From an uncultured Candidatus Saccharibacteria bacterium (GTDB lineage Bacteria; Patescibacteriota; Saccharimonadia; Saccharimonadales; JACDBH01): 64,000 nt of DNA. The notes under the pieces are model-generated. The model was not told where the DNA came from. It ran no database searches and saw only the letters and a list, made by a program, of their open reading frames with translations. The DNA lies in contig CAYSJS010000001.1 of NCBI GenBank assembly GCA_964431415.1, positions 1,740 through 65,739 on the forward strand. Reading direction: 5' to 3'. Below are positions 8,282 through 17,203 of this stretch, piece after piece (position 1 is the stretch's first letter; each line of letters begins with the position of its first letter). A program made the translations under genes and the position numbers.

Positions 8282-9502
8282 ATGGGTGTGGTAAAACGAA
8301 CTAAAGCACTACTGCTTGCAGCGATTATGGTAGTCGTGCCGCTGTTCGCTTCTGGTCACGCAGCCGCTGCAGGCTCGGCAAGCTTTAGTTTGAGTCCAAC
8401 CGGCGGAAGCTTTGTGAAGGGCAGCACGCTTACTGTTACGGTTAATGTATCCAGTTCAGACCAGATCAATACCGTTCAAGCCGACATAACATATGACGCA
8501 GCAAAGCTGCAGTATGCTTCGATTGACGGCTCAGGCAGCGCGTTTGACTTCCCACTGGCTGCATCTGGCGGTGGCGGTTCGGTGCAAATCGCACGTGGAG
8601 TTTCTGGTGGCGCAACAGTAAGCGGAACCAAGAAACTTGCTTCAGTTAACTTCACTGTTTTGGTGTCCGGTACTACTGCAACACTGAGTTTTGCTTCCAG
8701 CTCGGCAATCTTGTCTCCTGGCGGCAGCGGTACGACAAACGTATGGAACGGTAATACTACGGGAGGTTCATATACTTTGACAGCTCCTGTTGAAAGTACG
8801 CCTCCACCAGCTAGCGGTTCATCCGGATCTTCGGGTTCTGGTTCAAGCGGTGGAAACAAGAATAATACGCCAGCCCAGCCCTCTAAGCCGGCACAGCCTG
8901 CCGCCCCCGCACAACCTGCTTCTCCCGAGCAGCCTGTTGTAACCAGCGCCCCAGCTGCGAATACCAAGCATCTTGTGGCAATCAAAGTCGTGGACAAAAA
9001 TGACAAAACCAAAAAATCGCTGGATGTGCGCTTGAACGGGGTGACTGTTAAGACTGATGACAAAGGTATTGCTAGCTTTTCTGATGTGCCAACCGGAACC
9101 CACACGGTGACGGTATTTACCTCAAAGGATGTTTCGACGGATATGACCATAGAGGTAAAAGACGGCGACACTACTGCGGTTCAAAGCTATACATTCAAAC
9201 TACCTCAGTCATCGAGCAAAAAATGGATGTATCTAATACTTATCATCCCTGCAGCAATCCTTATTGTTGGGTTGATTCTGGTGGTACGGAGTAAACTCAA
9301 AAATAAGTTAAAAAATGTATATCAAGGAACGGCTCCGGCTGCGTCGGCAATAACCGGTGATTTTGATGCACGTGCAGCCGGTGTACATAAATCATTAGCT
9401 GAAGAGGGTCAACCAGTGGCCCCGCCTGCAACCGTAATCCGTCCAACTGTAACCAACGAGACAGCCAACGAAACCGAGCACGAAAAAGAAAACGGAGAAT
9501 AA
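8282..9502 (+). CDS. Membrane-anchored cohesin-domain protein
   Basis: Domain order: signal peptide, cohesin-like module, linker, beta-sandwich segment, one TM helix. The cohesin-like module reads SASFSLSPTGGSFVKGSTLTVTVNV...VQADITYDAAKLQY...GTKKLASVNFTV. The linker is rich in Pro, Ala and Ser (PAQPSKPAQPAAPAQPASPEQP). The TM helix is WMYLILIIPAAILIVGLILVV. Confidence 0.7.
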   Translation: MGVVKRTKALLLAAIMVVVPLFASGHAAAAGSASFSLSPTGGSFVKGSTLTVTVNVSSSDQINTVQADITYDAAKLQYASIDGSGSAFDFPLAASGGGGSVQIARGVSGGATVSGTKKLASVNFTVLVSGTTATLSFASSSAILSPGGSGTTNVWNGNTTGGSYTLTAPVESTPPPASGSSGSSGSGSSGGNKNNTPAQPSKPAQPAAPAQPASPEQPVVTSAPAANTKHLVAIKVVDKNDKTKKSLDVRLNGVTVKTDDKGIASFSDVPTGTHTVTVFTSKDVSTDMTIEVKDGDTTAVQSYTFKLPQSSSKKWMYLILIIPAAILIVGLILVVRSKLKNKLKNVYQGTAPAASAITGDFDARAAGVHKSLAEEGQPVAPPATVIRPTVTNETANETEHEKENGE

Positions 9503-9504
9503 GA

Positions 9505-11892
9505 GTGCCGGTTCGGCAAATACAGCAGTCTCATCTTGCTGTTCGTAGAGTCATGACACGTTTTAACATATTCTATACAAGGAATAAGAGGTTTGTCGCG
9601 CCAGCTTTGTTTAGCATTGCCTTTGGTCTGCTTGGTCTTATTACGATTTTACTAACACAAGCGGCATCTACGGATTATTTGATAGAGCCGGAAACAGGGA
9701 CTCTCAGCGGAAATGCTGTATCGGTTAATGACGCCGGAGCATCAAATGGCTCCGCGGTTAAGTTTGCTGCAGCCAACGGCGGTAGCTGGAAGACACTAAA
9801 AATTGGCGCGGGTGGTTTTTTGACAGGGATAGATATGTCCAAAGACGGTACGACCCGTGTGGTCCGCACTGATACATACGGAGCATACATATGGCAAACA
9901 AACGAATGGAAGCAGCTGGTGACCAAATCCAGTATGCCGGCTGATGATATTTTGCCATTCACGGGCGGCGGGGTATTTGAAATCGCGGTCGCTCCATCTA
10001 ACGGTAATAGAATATATATGGCTTGGCACGGCACGGTATATATAAGCGAGAACAAAGGCTCTACCTGGTCTAAAACAACGCTAACCGGTAAGGTTTTTGA
10101 TGGCAATGACGGGTACAGAGTTAACGGCAGGAAGATGGTGGTCGATCCGATTAATCCGGACGTAGTCTACTTTGGAATCCCAAACGATGGCGTTTACGTA
10201 ACCACCAACAAAGGCTCTAGCTGGGCTAAGGTAAGTGCCATACCGGTTGCAAATGATGCAGGATACAGTGGCATGGCTTATTACGAAAACGGTGGCCAGA
10301 CTGCCGGAAAAACAAAGACCCTTATTATTCCGGTCTCTGGCGGTAGTGTATACCGTACTGCCGATGCGGGATCTACCTGGAGTAGCATAGGCGGAATCTC
10401 TGACATACAAACCGCTGCAATGTCTACCAATGGCACGTACTATGCTACGAGCTACCCGAACATTTACCGGTACAAGAATGGCGCTTGGTCTGTGATCCTT
10501 GCAAACACAAATGGAAATATGCATTCCGTAGCCGTGGATCCAAATGATCCAACTCATATTGTCTTAGGCCGTGAAAGCGGTGAGATCATCCAAAGCTATA
10601 ACGAGGGAGCTAGTTGGACGAACATCGCCTGGGACCTTAAACAGCGGGTTGCGACAGACATACCCTGGCTCGCCTGGACGGATGAAAATTACATGTCCAA
10701 TGGATTCATGATGTTTGACACGGCAGTACCAGACAAGCTTTGGTTTGCTCAAGGAATTGGCGTATGGCATCTTAAGCCATCGCAAAACGTAAACTCCTAC
10801 ACGTGGAACTCACAAAGCGCCGGAATTGAACAGTTAGTTATAAACGACATAATAAGTCCGCCTGGCGGTAAGCCGATTATTGCAGTATGGGACCGTGGAC
10901 ATTTTAGGATCAACGACCCCGACCAATACCCTGCGACCCACGGACCTACCAACGCTTTTGACAGCACCTGGGACTTGGATTATTCGGGGGGCACGCCTTC
11001 TTTCTTGGTTGCTAACTCCAGTAATTTTGTGCACAAAACAATCAATGCGGGTTATTCTAGCGATGGCGGTGTGACGTGGCAAAAGTTTGCATCAATGCCA
11101 GCCAATGCCGGAAATAACCCAGATATATATGGATATGGCGGCATTGCAGTTGGCGACACTAACCATATGGTATGGATGGGCGGATCAAGTAAGTGGCCTT
11201 ACTATACTGCCAACAGAGGAGCCTCATGGCAGCCCATATCTATGGCTGGTCTAAACCAAGCGACGGCCGATTTAAGCGGTTTTCAGTGGGGTATGTATTT
11301 GCATCGCCATACGGTCGCCTCCGACAAAGTTACTATGAATACTTTTTATCTGCTCTATCTTGCAGGCAACGACAATCAAATGGGTTTTTACCGTTCTACC
11401 GATGGAGGTGCCAACTGGTCCATTGTGGGCAGCATAGCAAATAACAGCGCAGTGTCTAATGATATACGATGGGCAAGCTATAATGCCGAACTTCAAGCCG
11501 TGCCAGGCAAAGCCGGCCACTTATTCTTTACGCCAGGACATTCCGGCACTAGTCCCGATTCGCTAACTCCTTCTGATCAAAAGTTCATACGCTCTACGGA
11601 TGGCGGAGCCACCTGGACGGCAGTCGGCAACGGCAGCGTAAAAGAAGTATATAAGTTTGGATATGGCAAAGCGAAGGACGCTGGCGGCTATCCTTCGATT
11701 TATATTATTGGATGGGTAAGCAACCAGTACGGCATATGGCGGTCAGATGATGAAGGAGTAACGTGGGCAAAGATTGGTGATTACCCAAACGACAGCCTTG
11801 ACTCCGTTGCGGCTATAAGTGGTGATATGAACACATATGGAACCGTCTACATCGGTCTGGGTGGCTCGGGTGCAGTGTATTACAAACTGTAA
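9505..11892 (+). CDS. BNR/Asp-box repeat beta-propeller protein (GH74/sortilin-like) with an N-terminal membrane anchor
   Basis: About nine Asp-box-like motifs are present (SENKGSTW, TTNKGSSW, TADAGSTW, SSDGGVTW, STDGGANW, STDGGATW, SDDEGVTW and others). GTG start with a GGAGA RBS. An ATG at 9553 is an alternative start. Confidence 0.7.
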   Translation: MPVRQIQQSHLAVRRVMTRFNIFYTRNKRFVAPALFSIAFGLLGLITILLTQAASTDYLIEPETGTLSGNAVSVNDAGASNGSAVKFAAANGGSWKTLKIGAGGFLTGIDMSKDGTTRVVRTDTYGAYIWQTNEWKQLVTKSSMPADDILPFTGGGVFEIAVAPSNGNRIYMAWHGTVYISENKGSTWSKTTLTGKVFDGNDGYRVNGRKMVVDPINPDVVYFGIPNDGVYVTTNKGSSWAKVSAIPVANDAGYSGMAYYENGGQTAGKTKTLIIPVSGGSVYRTADAGSTWSSIGGISDIQTAAMSTNGTYYATSYPNIYRYKNGAWSVILANTNGNMHSVAVDPNDPTHIVLGRESGEIIQSYNEGASWTNIAWDLKQRVATDIPWLAWTDENYMSNGFMMFDTAVPDKLWFAQGIGVWHLKPSQNVNSYTWNSQSAGIEQLVINDIISPPGGKPIIAVWDRGHFRINDPDQYPATHGPTNAFDSTWDLDYSGGTPSFLVANSSNFVHKTINAGYSSDGGVTWQKFASMPANAGNNPDIYGYGGIAVGDTNHMVWMGGSSKWPYYTANRGASWQPISMAGLNQATADLSGFQWGMYLHRHTVASDKVTMNTFYLLYLAGNDNQMGFYRSTDGGANWSIVGSIANNSAVSNDIRWASYNAELQAVPGKAGHLFFTPGHSGTSPDSLTPSDQKFIRSTDGGATWTAVGNGSVKEVYKFGYGKAKDAGGYPSIYIIGWVSNQYGIWRSDDEGVTWAKIGDYPNDSLDSVAAISGDMNTYGTVYIGLGGSGAVYYKL

Positions 11893-11960
11893 TTTGTCTG
11901 ATGCATATACACCTGTTCGCTTTATATCGTATGCATAAGATGCTACGCTAAAAACTGGTT

Positions 11961-12557
11961 ATGGCTAAAAATTTCTTAATGCCAACAAAATATGAAGCGG
12001 CAAGCATGTCGGCTTTTGCGGTGTTTGTTTTATTTGCCTTATCGGCTCCACCAATTATTAAACAATCAAATATAGATGTATATTTATTCTTAAGCGACCG
12101 TTTTAGCGGTTGGATTCACCTGCGCTTAGAAGGTCTCGATACGCCTCTTATTACTTCCGTTGTTACTTTCTTGCTTTGGTCGGTAGTGGGTGCACTCGTA
12201 TATATTCTTTTATGGGCAGGCGTAACGGTCGTGAAAGATCTCGATTCCCATATTTCGCCATTTAGACGACTCATGATCCCGAGAGATATAAAAGTCAAAA
12301 AAAGTATTGGGCTTGCACTTGCGCGTATAGGCGTTAGGTTGACGGCTTGCATTGCGCTTATTGCGTGGATTATCTATAGTTTTGAGGCTATTCTGCCGTA
12401 TGCCGTCTTGCTGTTTGGGAATGCATTTGTACGGATTGACCGCTACAGTCCTGTGCAGTTTATTATTGCGTTCTTGCTTACTATGGCGGTTTTTTATGTA
12501 TCCACTGTATTGGCGCGCTTGATTGCTCTTAGAAGCCGCGTGTTAAAAAGCAGTTAG
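11961..12557 (+). CDS. Hypothetical integral membrane protein (198 aa)
   Basis: Several hydrophobic segments in the translation. No family recognised. Confidence 0.5.
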   Translation: MAKNFLMPTKYEAASMSAFAVFVLFALSAPPIIKQSNIDVYLFLSDRFSGWIHLRLEGLDTPLITSVVTFLLWSVVGALVYILLWAGVTVVKDLDSHISPFRRLMIPRDIKVKKSIGLALARIGVRLTACIALIAWIIYSFEAILPYAVLLFGNAFVRIDRYSPVQFIIAFLLTMAVFYVSTVLARLIALRSRVLKSS

Positions 12558-12600
12558 GTGCGTTTCCAAAAGAAAAGCCTTAAAAGTTATTTGCTAACAC

Positions 12601-12629
12601 TTTACAAACCCTTTACGCTGCGGTATATT
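12601..12629 (+). promoter_or_regulatory. Candidate promoter upstream of tuf (TTTACA-N17-TATATT, preceded by AACAC)
   Basis: Hexamers at 12601-12606 and 12624-12629 with an exact 17-nt spacer. Confidence 0.5.
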
Positions 12630-12856
12630 TAATACATCTCGCGAGAGGGCATTGTTCGATTTGCTAACAAGTAGATCACAATATGGACCGCGAAAAGAAA
12701 ATTACAATATCAACTATCTAAACGATCTTTAATACATCGACACTAGAGACTGTTTTAAGGCCAAGAACTTGAAGGCATTTGCCAGTAAAGTCGCAGCTTT
12801 TGATACACTAGAGTGGGTGATGTAGTAGAATCGTTGAAGATAATAAAGGAGACAAA

Positions 12857-14041
12857 ATGGCAGATAGTTTTGATCGAACAAAGCCACACGTAAACGTCGG
12901 TACTATGGGTCACGTTGACCACGGTAAAACCACGCTTACGGCTGCAATTACAACCGTACTTGCAAAAAGAATGCCAACCGCTGTTAACAAGCCGGTTGCA
13001 TATGACCAAATTGACAATGCACCTGAAGAAAAAGCACGCGGTATAACCATCGCTACTTCTCACCAGGAATATGAGTCTGAAAAGCGCCACTACGCGCACG
13101 TCGACATGCCAGGTCACGCCGACTACGTTAAGAACATGATCACCGGTGCCGCTCAGATCGATGGCGCCATCTTGGTGGTTGCCGCAAACGACGGTCCGCT
13201 GCCACAAACCCGCGAACACGTTCTGCTTGCAAAGCAAGTGGGCGTACCATACATCTTGGTATTCATGAACAAGATGGACCTTGCAGATCCAGAGCTCATC
13301 GAGCTTGTAGAAATGGACATTCGCGAACTGCTTGCAAAGAACGGCTATGACGAAAACGCTCCAATCATCAAAGGTTCAGCAACCAAGGCTATGGCCGGTG
13401 ATGCTGAAGCTGAAGATGCAATCATGGAACTCGTTAAGGCTATGGATGACAACATTCCAGAACCAAAGCGCGAGCTCGACAAGCCATTTTTGATGAGTAT
13501 TGAAGACGTCTTTTCGATCAAGGGACGTGGAACAGTTGCTACCGGTCGTATTGACCAGGGTATCGTTAAGGTTAACGACGAAGTAGAAATCGTTGGTCTC
13601 CGCGACACCAAGAAGTCAGTTGTTACCGGTGTAGAAATGTTCAAAAAGAACCTCGACCAAGGTCAGGCCGGCGACAACGTTGGTATCTTGCTCCGCGGTA
13701 TCGAGCGTGAAGACATTGAGCGCGGTCAAGTTTTGGCAAAGCCAGGCTCGATCACTCCTCACACCGAATTCGAATCTGAAGTATATATCCTTACCAAAGA
13801 AGAAGGCGGTCGTCACACCCCATTCTTCAAGGGATACAAGCCTCAGTTCTACTTCCGTACAACGGATGTAACCGGCGAAGTTGAACTTCCTGCCGACAAA
13901 GAAATGGTTATGCCTGGTGATACTGTCACCTTTAAGGTAAAACTACTTGCTCCGATTGCTATGGAACAGGGTCTTAACTTTGCTATCCGCGAAGGTGGAC
14001 GTACTGTTGGTGCTGGTGTCGTAACTAAGATTACAAAATAG
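12857..14041 (+). CDS. tuf: Elongation factor Tu
   Basis: [21 protein letters not shown] and NKMD motifs. 394 aa. AAAGGAG RBS. Confidence 0.98.
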   Translation: MADSFDRTKPHVNVGTMGHVDHGKTTLTAAITTVLAKRMPTAVNKPVAYDQIDNAPEEKARGITIATSHQEYESEKRHYAHVDMPGHADYVKNMITGAAQIDGAILVVAANDGPLPQTREHVLLAKQVGVPYILVFMNKMDLADPELIELVEMDIRELLAKNGYDENAPIIKGSATKAMAGDAEAEDAIMELVKAMDDNIPEPKRELDKPFLMSIEDVFSIKGRGTVATGRIDQGIVKVNDEVEIVGLRDTKKSVVTGVEMFKKNLDQGQAGDNVGILLRGIEREDIERGQVLAKPGSITPHTEFESEVYILTKEEGGRHTPFFKGYKPQFYFRTTDVTGEVELPADKEMVMPGDTVTFKVKLLAPIAMEQGLNFAIREGGRTVGAGVVTKITK

Positions 14042-14065
14042 TCTTGCTGTAACGGCTCTAGCCAA

Positions 14066-14105
14066 AGAAGCCTCCTGGGATTTCCCCGGGAGGCTTCTTC
14101 TTTAA
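14066..14105 (+). terminator. Rho-independent terminator after tuf
   Basis: agaagcctcctggg / cccgggaggcttct form a 14-bp stem with one G-U pair, followed by ttctttaaa. Confidence 0.7.
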
Positions 14106-14158
14106 AGAGATACATTAAGCGCCGTTGTATAACTGGCTATTTATTATATATTATACCT

Positions 14159-14506
14159 ATGAATAATAATGAAATAAGCCCTGTTGCTTCGAATGCTGCA
14201 TTTCGGTTTGCAGAGCAAGGGACCATTGGTCGGACATTGGCGGCCACGATTATAGACACTCCTCAAAGCGAGAGAATTGCCCTGGCCGAGTCCTTGGCAA
14301 GTCTATCCGAGACACATGACGAAGAAGGTGTGCGTACGCGTGCCGGCTGGCTTGCCCGTCAGTTAGTCAAAGAAGTAATCGAAGAAGAACCTTTTTTGCA
14401 CTATGTAGCCGACAGAGAACCGACTTCGTATCGTGATAAACTCGGTAGGCGTGCATTTACGAATGGTCGGCATTCTTCAGGCTTTACACAGCACACCAGT
14501 CCTTAA
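14159..14506 (+). CDS. Hypothetical 115-aa protein
   Basis: ORF after the tuf terminator. No family recognised. Confidence 0.45.
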   Translation: MNNNEISPVASNAAFRFAEQGTIGRTLAATIIDTPQSERIALAESLASLSETHDEEGVRTRAGWLARQLVKEVIEEEPFLHYVADREPTSYRDKLGRRAFTNGRHSSGFTQHTSP

Positions 14507-14579
14507 CGAATACCGAAAAATCAGGCGGCTTATTACGTCATGGCGCTAAACTGTGCAAGCGTGTTATGCTTAAGCTTAA

Positions 14580-15290
14580 GTGAAAAAAGTTACAGCAAAC
14601 AATGTTTTGGCGTGCTTTTCGCCGCCTGTTATGATCGCGACCTTTCTCTTGGAAGGCATACTTGCTGTCTATACGTTCATGCAGTACCGCATGAGCACAA
14701 AGACCAGACTTATCATCCTATTACTTATTAATTTATCTTTGTTCCAGCTTGCTGAATTTTTGGTGTGCACAAACAGTAGTGTAGCCACGCAGGCATCGCG
14801 TTTTGGCTATGCATCGATCACCTTATTGCCGCCGCTCGGACTCTATTTGATGTCCGAGCTCACCTATCCAATGCGAAAAATAGCTGCATTGTTCATGTTT
14901 ATGAGTGCCGTAAGTATCATGGCTTACTTTCTGCTTTCTCCGTCTGCGTTTAACAGCTATCAGTGCACCGGCAATTACGTTATATTCCAGATCGGCACTT
15001 CGCAGATGCGTTTATATAGTCTGTACTACTTTGGTTTGATCGGGTTAAGTCTCTGGAAGGGCGCGCGGTTTTTGACCGAGCATCCAAAAGCCGCCAAAAA
15101 AGTTCGATCAGCCGTACGATGGTTTATAGCGGGGTATCTCGTCTTTATTGTGCCGGTTGCTGTGCTGGTAGTTTTTAACCCTAATACGAAAAAAGCGGTG
15201 CCATCTATCATGTGCGGTTTTGCCGTAAGCTTAGCCCTTATCTTAACGGCAAAAGTTGCACCCTATTCTCTTAAAAAACGGACAAACTAG
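14580..15290 (+). CDS. Hypothetical polytopic membrane protein (236 aa)
   Basis: About 6-7 hydrophobic helices. GTG start without a clear RBS, so the start is uncertain. Confidence 0.55.
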   Translation: MKKVTANNVLACFSPPVMIATFLLEGILAVYTFMQYRMSTKTRLIILLLINLSLFQLAEFLVCTNSSVATQASRFGYASITLLPPLGLYLMSELTYPMRKIAALFMFMSAVSIMAYFLLSPSAFNSYQCTGNYVIFQIGTSQMRLYSLYYFGLIGLSLWKGARFLTEHPKAAKKVRSAVRWFIAGYLVFIVPVAVLVVFNPNTKKAVPSIMCGFAVSLALILTAKVAPYSLKKRTN

Positions 15291-15352
15291 ATTTAATTAT
15301 GCTAAGCTTATCTATAAGAAAGATAAGCGTAAGCAATTAAGGAGAAAAAGCA

Positions 15353-15991
15353 GTGAACCCAGACGAACAAAACAACCAATCAGCTCCGGCGGCAGCACCG
15401 GTCGAGCCTTCTGTAAGCCCCGCTGGTCCACAGCCAGCGTCATATCAACCAGTGTCTACGCAGCCCACTACTGCCCCAAAGGGCAAGGGCAAAGGGTTGC
15501 TTATCGCTCTTTTAGCTCTGCTTCTCATCGGCGGCGGATCAGTGGCGGCATACCAAGTATTTATGAAAGATACAGACGAGAGCCCTGCGGCAAATAATAC
15601 CCAGACAACCGAACCTACCGACAGCACAGAGACAGGAGCAAGTTCGACTACGTTTAACGATTCCGCAAGACAAGCAGCGGTTACTGCATTAGTTGCGGAT
15701 CTTGAGCTCTACTATGGCAAGAAAGGTAATTACCCATCTGCTGCAGAAGTTACCAGCACGTCTTTTGCGTCATCGAGCCTGCCCACATTTAAAAAAGCAC
15801 AGGCGGCCTCAACCGAAACACAGGCAATGACGATTTCTGCCACTTTAAGCGACAGCACGTTTGCGTACAAGACAACGCCGGACGGATGCAACAACTCTTC
15901 AAAGCTCTGTAGTGCGTATGAAGTAAGCGTAAAAGTATCCGCGAAGCAAAAAGACGGCTCATACGTTTACAAAAAAGTATCCATGAACTAA
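15353..15991 (+). CDS. Membrane-anchored extracytoplasmic protein with a Pro-rich N-terminus; the segment after the TM helix is faintly pilin-like
   Basis: AAGGAG RBS and GTG start. TM helix LLIALLALLLIGGGSVAAY. ARQAAVTALVADLELYYGKKGNYPSA resembles the opening of pilin/pseudopilin globular domains (impression only). Confidence 0.5.
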   Translation: MNPDEQNNQSAPAAAPVEPSVSPAGPQPASYQPVSTQPTTAPKGKGKGLLIALLALLLIGGGSVAAYQVFMKDTDESPAANNTQTTEPTDSTETGASSTTFNDSARQAAVTALVADLELYYGKKGNYPSAAEVTSTSFASSSLPTFKKAQAASTETQAMTISATLSDSTFAYKTTPDGCNNSSKLCSAYEVSVKVSAKQKDGSYVYKKVSMN

Positions 15992-16006
15992 TCTCTGATA
16001 AAACAC

Positions 16007-16035
16007 TTTAAATACTTCAGCGAATGTTGTACAAT
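16007..16035 (+). promoter_or_regulatory. Candidate promoter for rpsJ (TTTAAA-N17-TACAAT, preceded by AACAC)
   Basis: Hexamers at 16007-16012 and 16030-16035 with a 17-nt spacer. Confidence 0.4.
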
Positions 16036-16114
16036 TAACCGGTAAACTAACGGTGATGACTAAAAGTCGTTACGAATGCTCTCTATAGCACCGTAAAGAT
16101 GTTACATCCACTTT

Positions 16115-16180
16115 GGTAGATAGAAGATAGTAGTAAGTAGATGGTTTAGACCAACTACTATCTACCAACTACTATCTACC
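16115..16180 (+). promoter_or_regulatory. Long imperfect hairpin in the rpsJ leader built from GTAGATAG/CTATCTAC units
   Basis: The 30-nt arms are 16115-16144 and 16151-16180, with loop tttaga. I count 22 of 30 positions complementary. The 3' arm is a tandem duplication of caactactatctac. The structure ends 12 nt before the AAAGGAG RBS. Confidence 0.5.
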
Positions 16181-16204
16181 TTGACACCTGAAAGGAGTCA
16201 TATT

Positions 16205-16555
16205 ATGGCGGAAGCCAAAAAACCAGCAGCACCAGCAGCTGCACCAGCACAAAAACAGCGAATTCGCATTCGTTTAAAGGCATATGACCATAAGGTCATC
16301 GACCAGTCTGCAAAGCAAATTGTCGACACTGCACTGCGTACCGGTGCAAGCATTGCCGGGCCAATTCCTTTGCCAACACGCCGCAATACGTTTACTGTGG
16401 TTAAAAGCCCGCACGTATTCAAAAAGGGCCGAGAGCAATTCGAAATGCGTATCCACAAGCGTCTTATTGACGTTTTTGAGCCAACACCAAAGACAATCGA
16501 CAGCCTCATGAACCTGAGCCTGCCAGCCGGCTGTGACGCCGAAATTAAGATGTAA
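16205..16555 (+). CDS. rpsJ: 30S ribosomal protein S10 with an Ala/Pro-rich N-terminal extension
   Basis: [18 protein letters not shown]... matches S10. The ATG at 16205 follows AAAGGAG. The ORF-track start at 16181 was trimmed. Confidence 0.95.
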   Translation: MAEAKKPAAPAAAPAQKQRIRIRLKAYDHKVIDQSAKQIVDTALRTGASIAGPIPLPTRRNTFTVVKSPHVFKKGREQFEMRIHKRLIDVFEPTPKTIDSLMNLSLPAGCDAEIKM

Positions 16556-16579
16556 ATAATCTTATGCAGTAAAGGGCTG

Positions 16580-16610
16580 AATCGGGTGGGGTTATCCACC
16601 CGATTTTTTT
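16580..16610 (+). terminator. Rho-independent terminator immediately after rpsJ
   Basis: aatcgggtgg / ccacccgatt form a perfect 10-bp stem with a 6-nt loop, followed by a 7-T run. Confidence 0.75.
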
Positions 16611-16637
16611 AACTAATTTACAGTAAAGGATGTAGAT

Positions 16638-17141
16638 ATGAGATCGAAACTAATGGTTACAGCAGCAGCTTTAACGGTAGGCGGTGGATTACTGACGGGT
16701 TGTAGTGAGCAACGTGCAAGCAGCAAGGAAGAGGCGAGTAACATGGCCTACGTAAGAGCGGTGGAAGACTTTCAAAAAGCAGACCATAAAGGAAGATATC
16801 GACAGCAGTTTCTAGATGATGATGCATATTTAGAACAAATAGGCGACGATGCTACGTGGTGGAAAAAAGGGAGCGACTGCTTGAGCGGTACAATCTACGA
16901 TACTGAGGCTGGCGCAGAACTCAGTACTGAAGACGATATTTTGATAGTGACACCAAATAGACACGGAGAAACGATACTGTACTTCACGGGAATCACACAT
17001 GCAGATACGGTATTAATCCCAGTTCCAGAAAAGGGTGTTGAAGAAATTTTAGAGAAGTTTAATTGCCCAGATGCATCTGACGTAAGAGAAGTAGCGTCGT
17101 ATGATCATCACCTGCTTGTCATAGATCCAAGAGACGAGTAA
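16638..17141 (+). CDS. Putative lipoprotein (167 aa)
   Basis: Signal peptide with lipobox LLTGC (MRSKLMVTAAALTVGGGLLTGCSEQ). Confidence 0.6.
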   Translation: MRSKLMVTAAALTVGGGLLTGCSEQRASSKEEASNMAYVRAVEDFQKADHKGRYRQQFLDDDAYLEQIGDDATWWKKGSDCLSGTIYDTEAGAELSTEDDILIVTPNRHGETILYFTGITHADTVLIPVPEKGVEEILEKFNCPDASDVREVASYDHHLLVIDPRDE

Positions 17142-17203
17142 GAGCATAGTTGTAATATGGTAGCAACGCTTTCGTCATTTTAGTTTTCTAGTAAACTAAG
17201 TGT

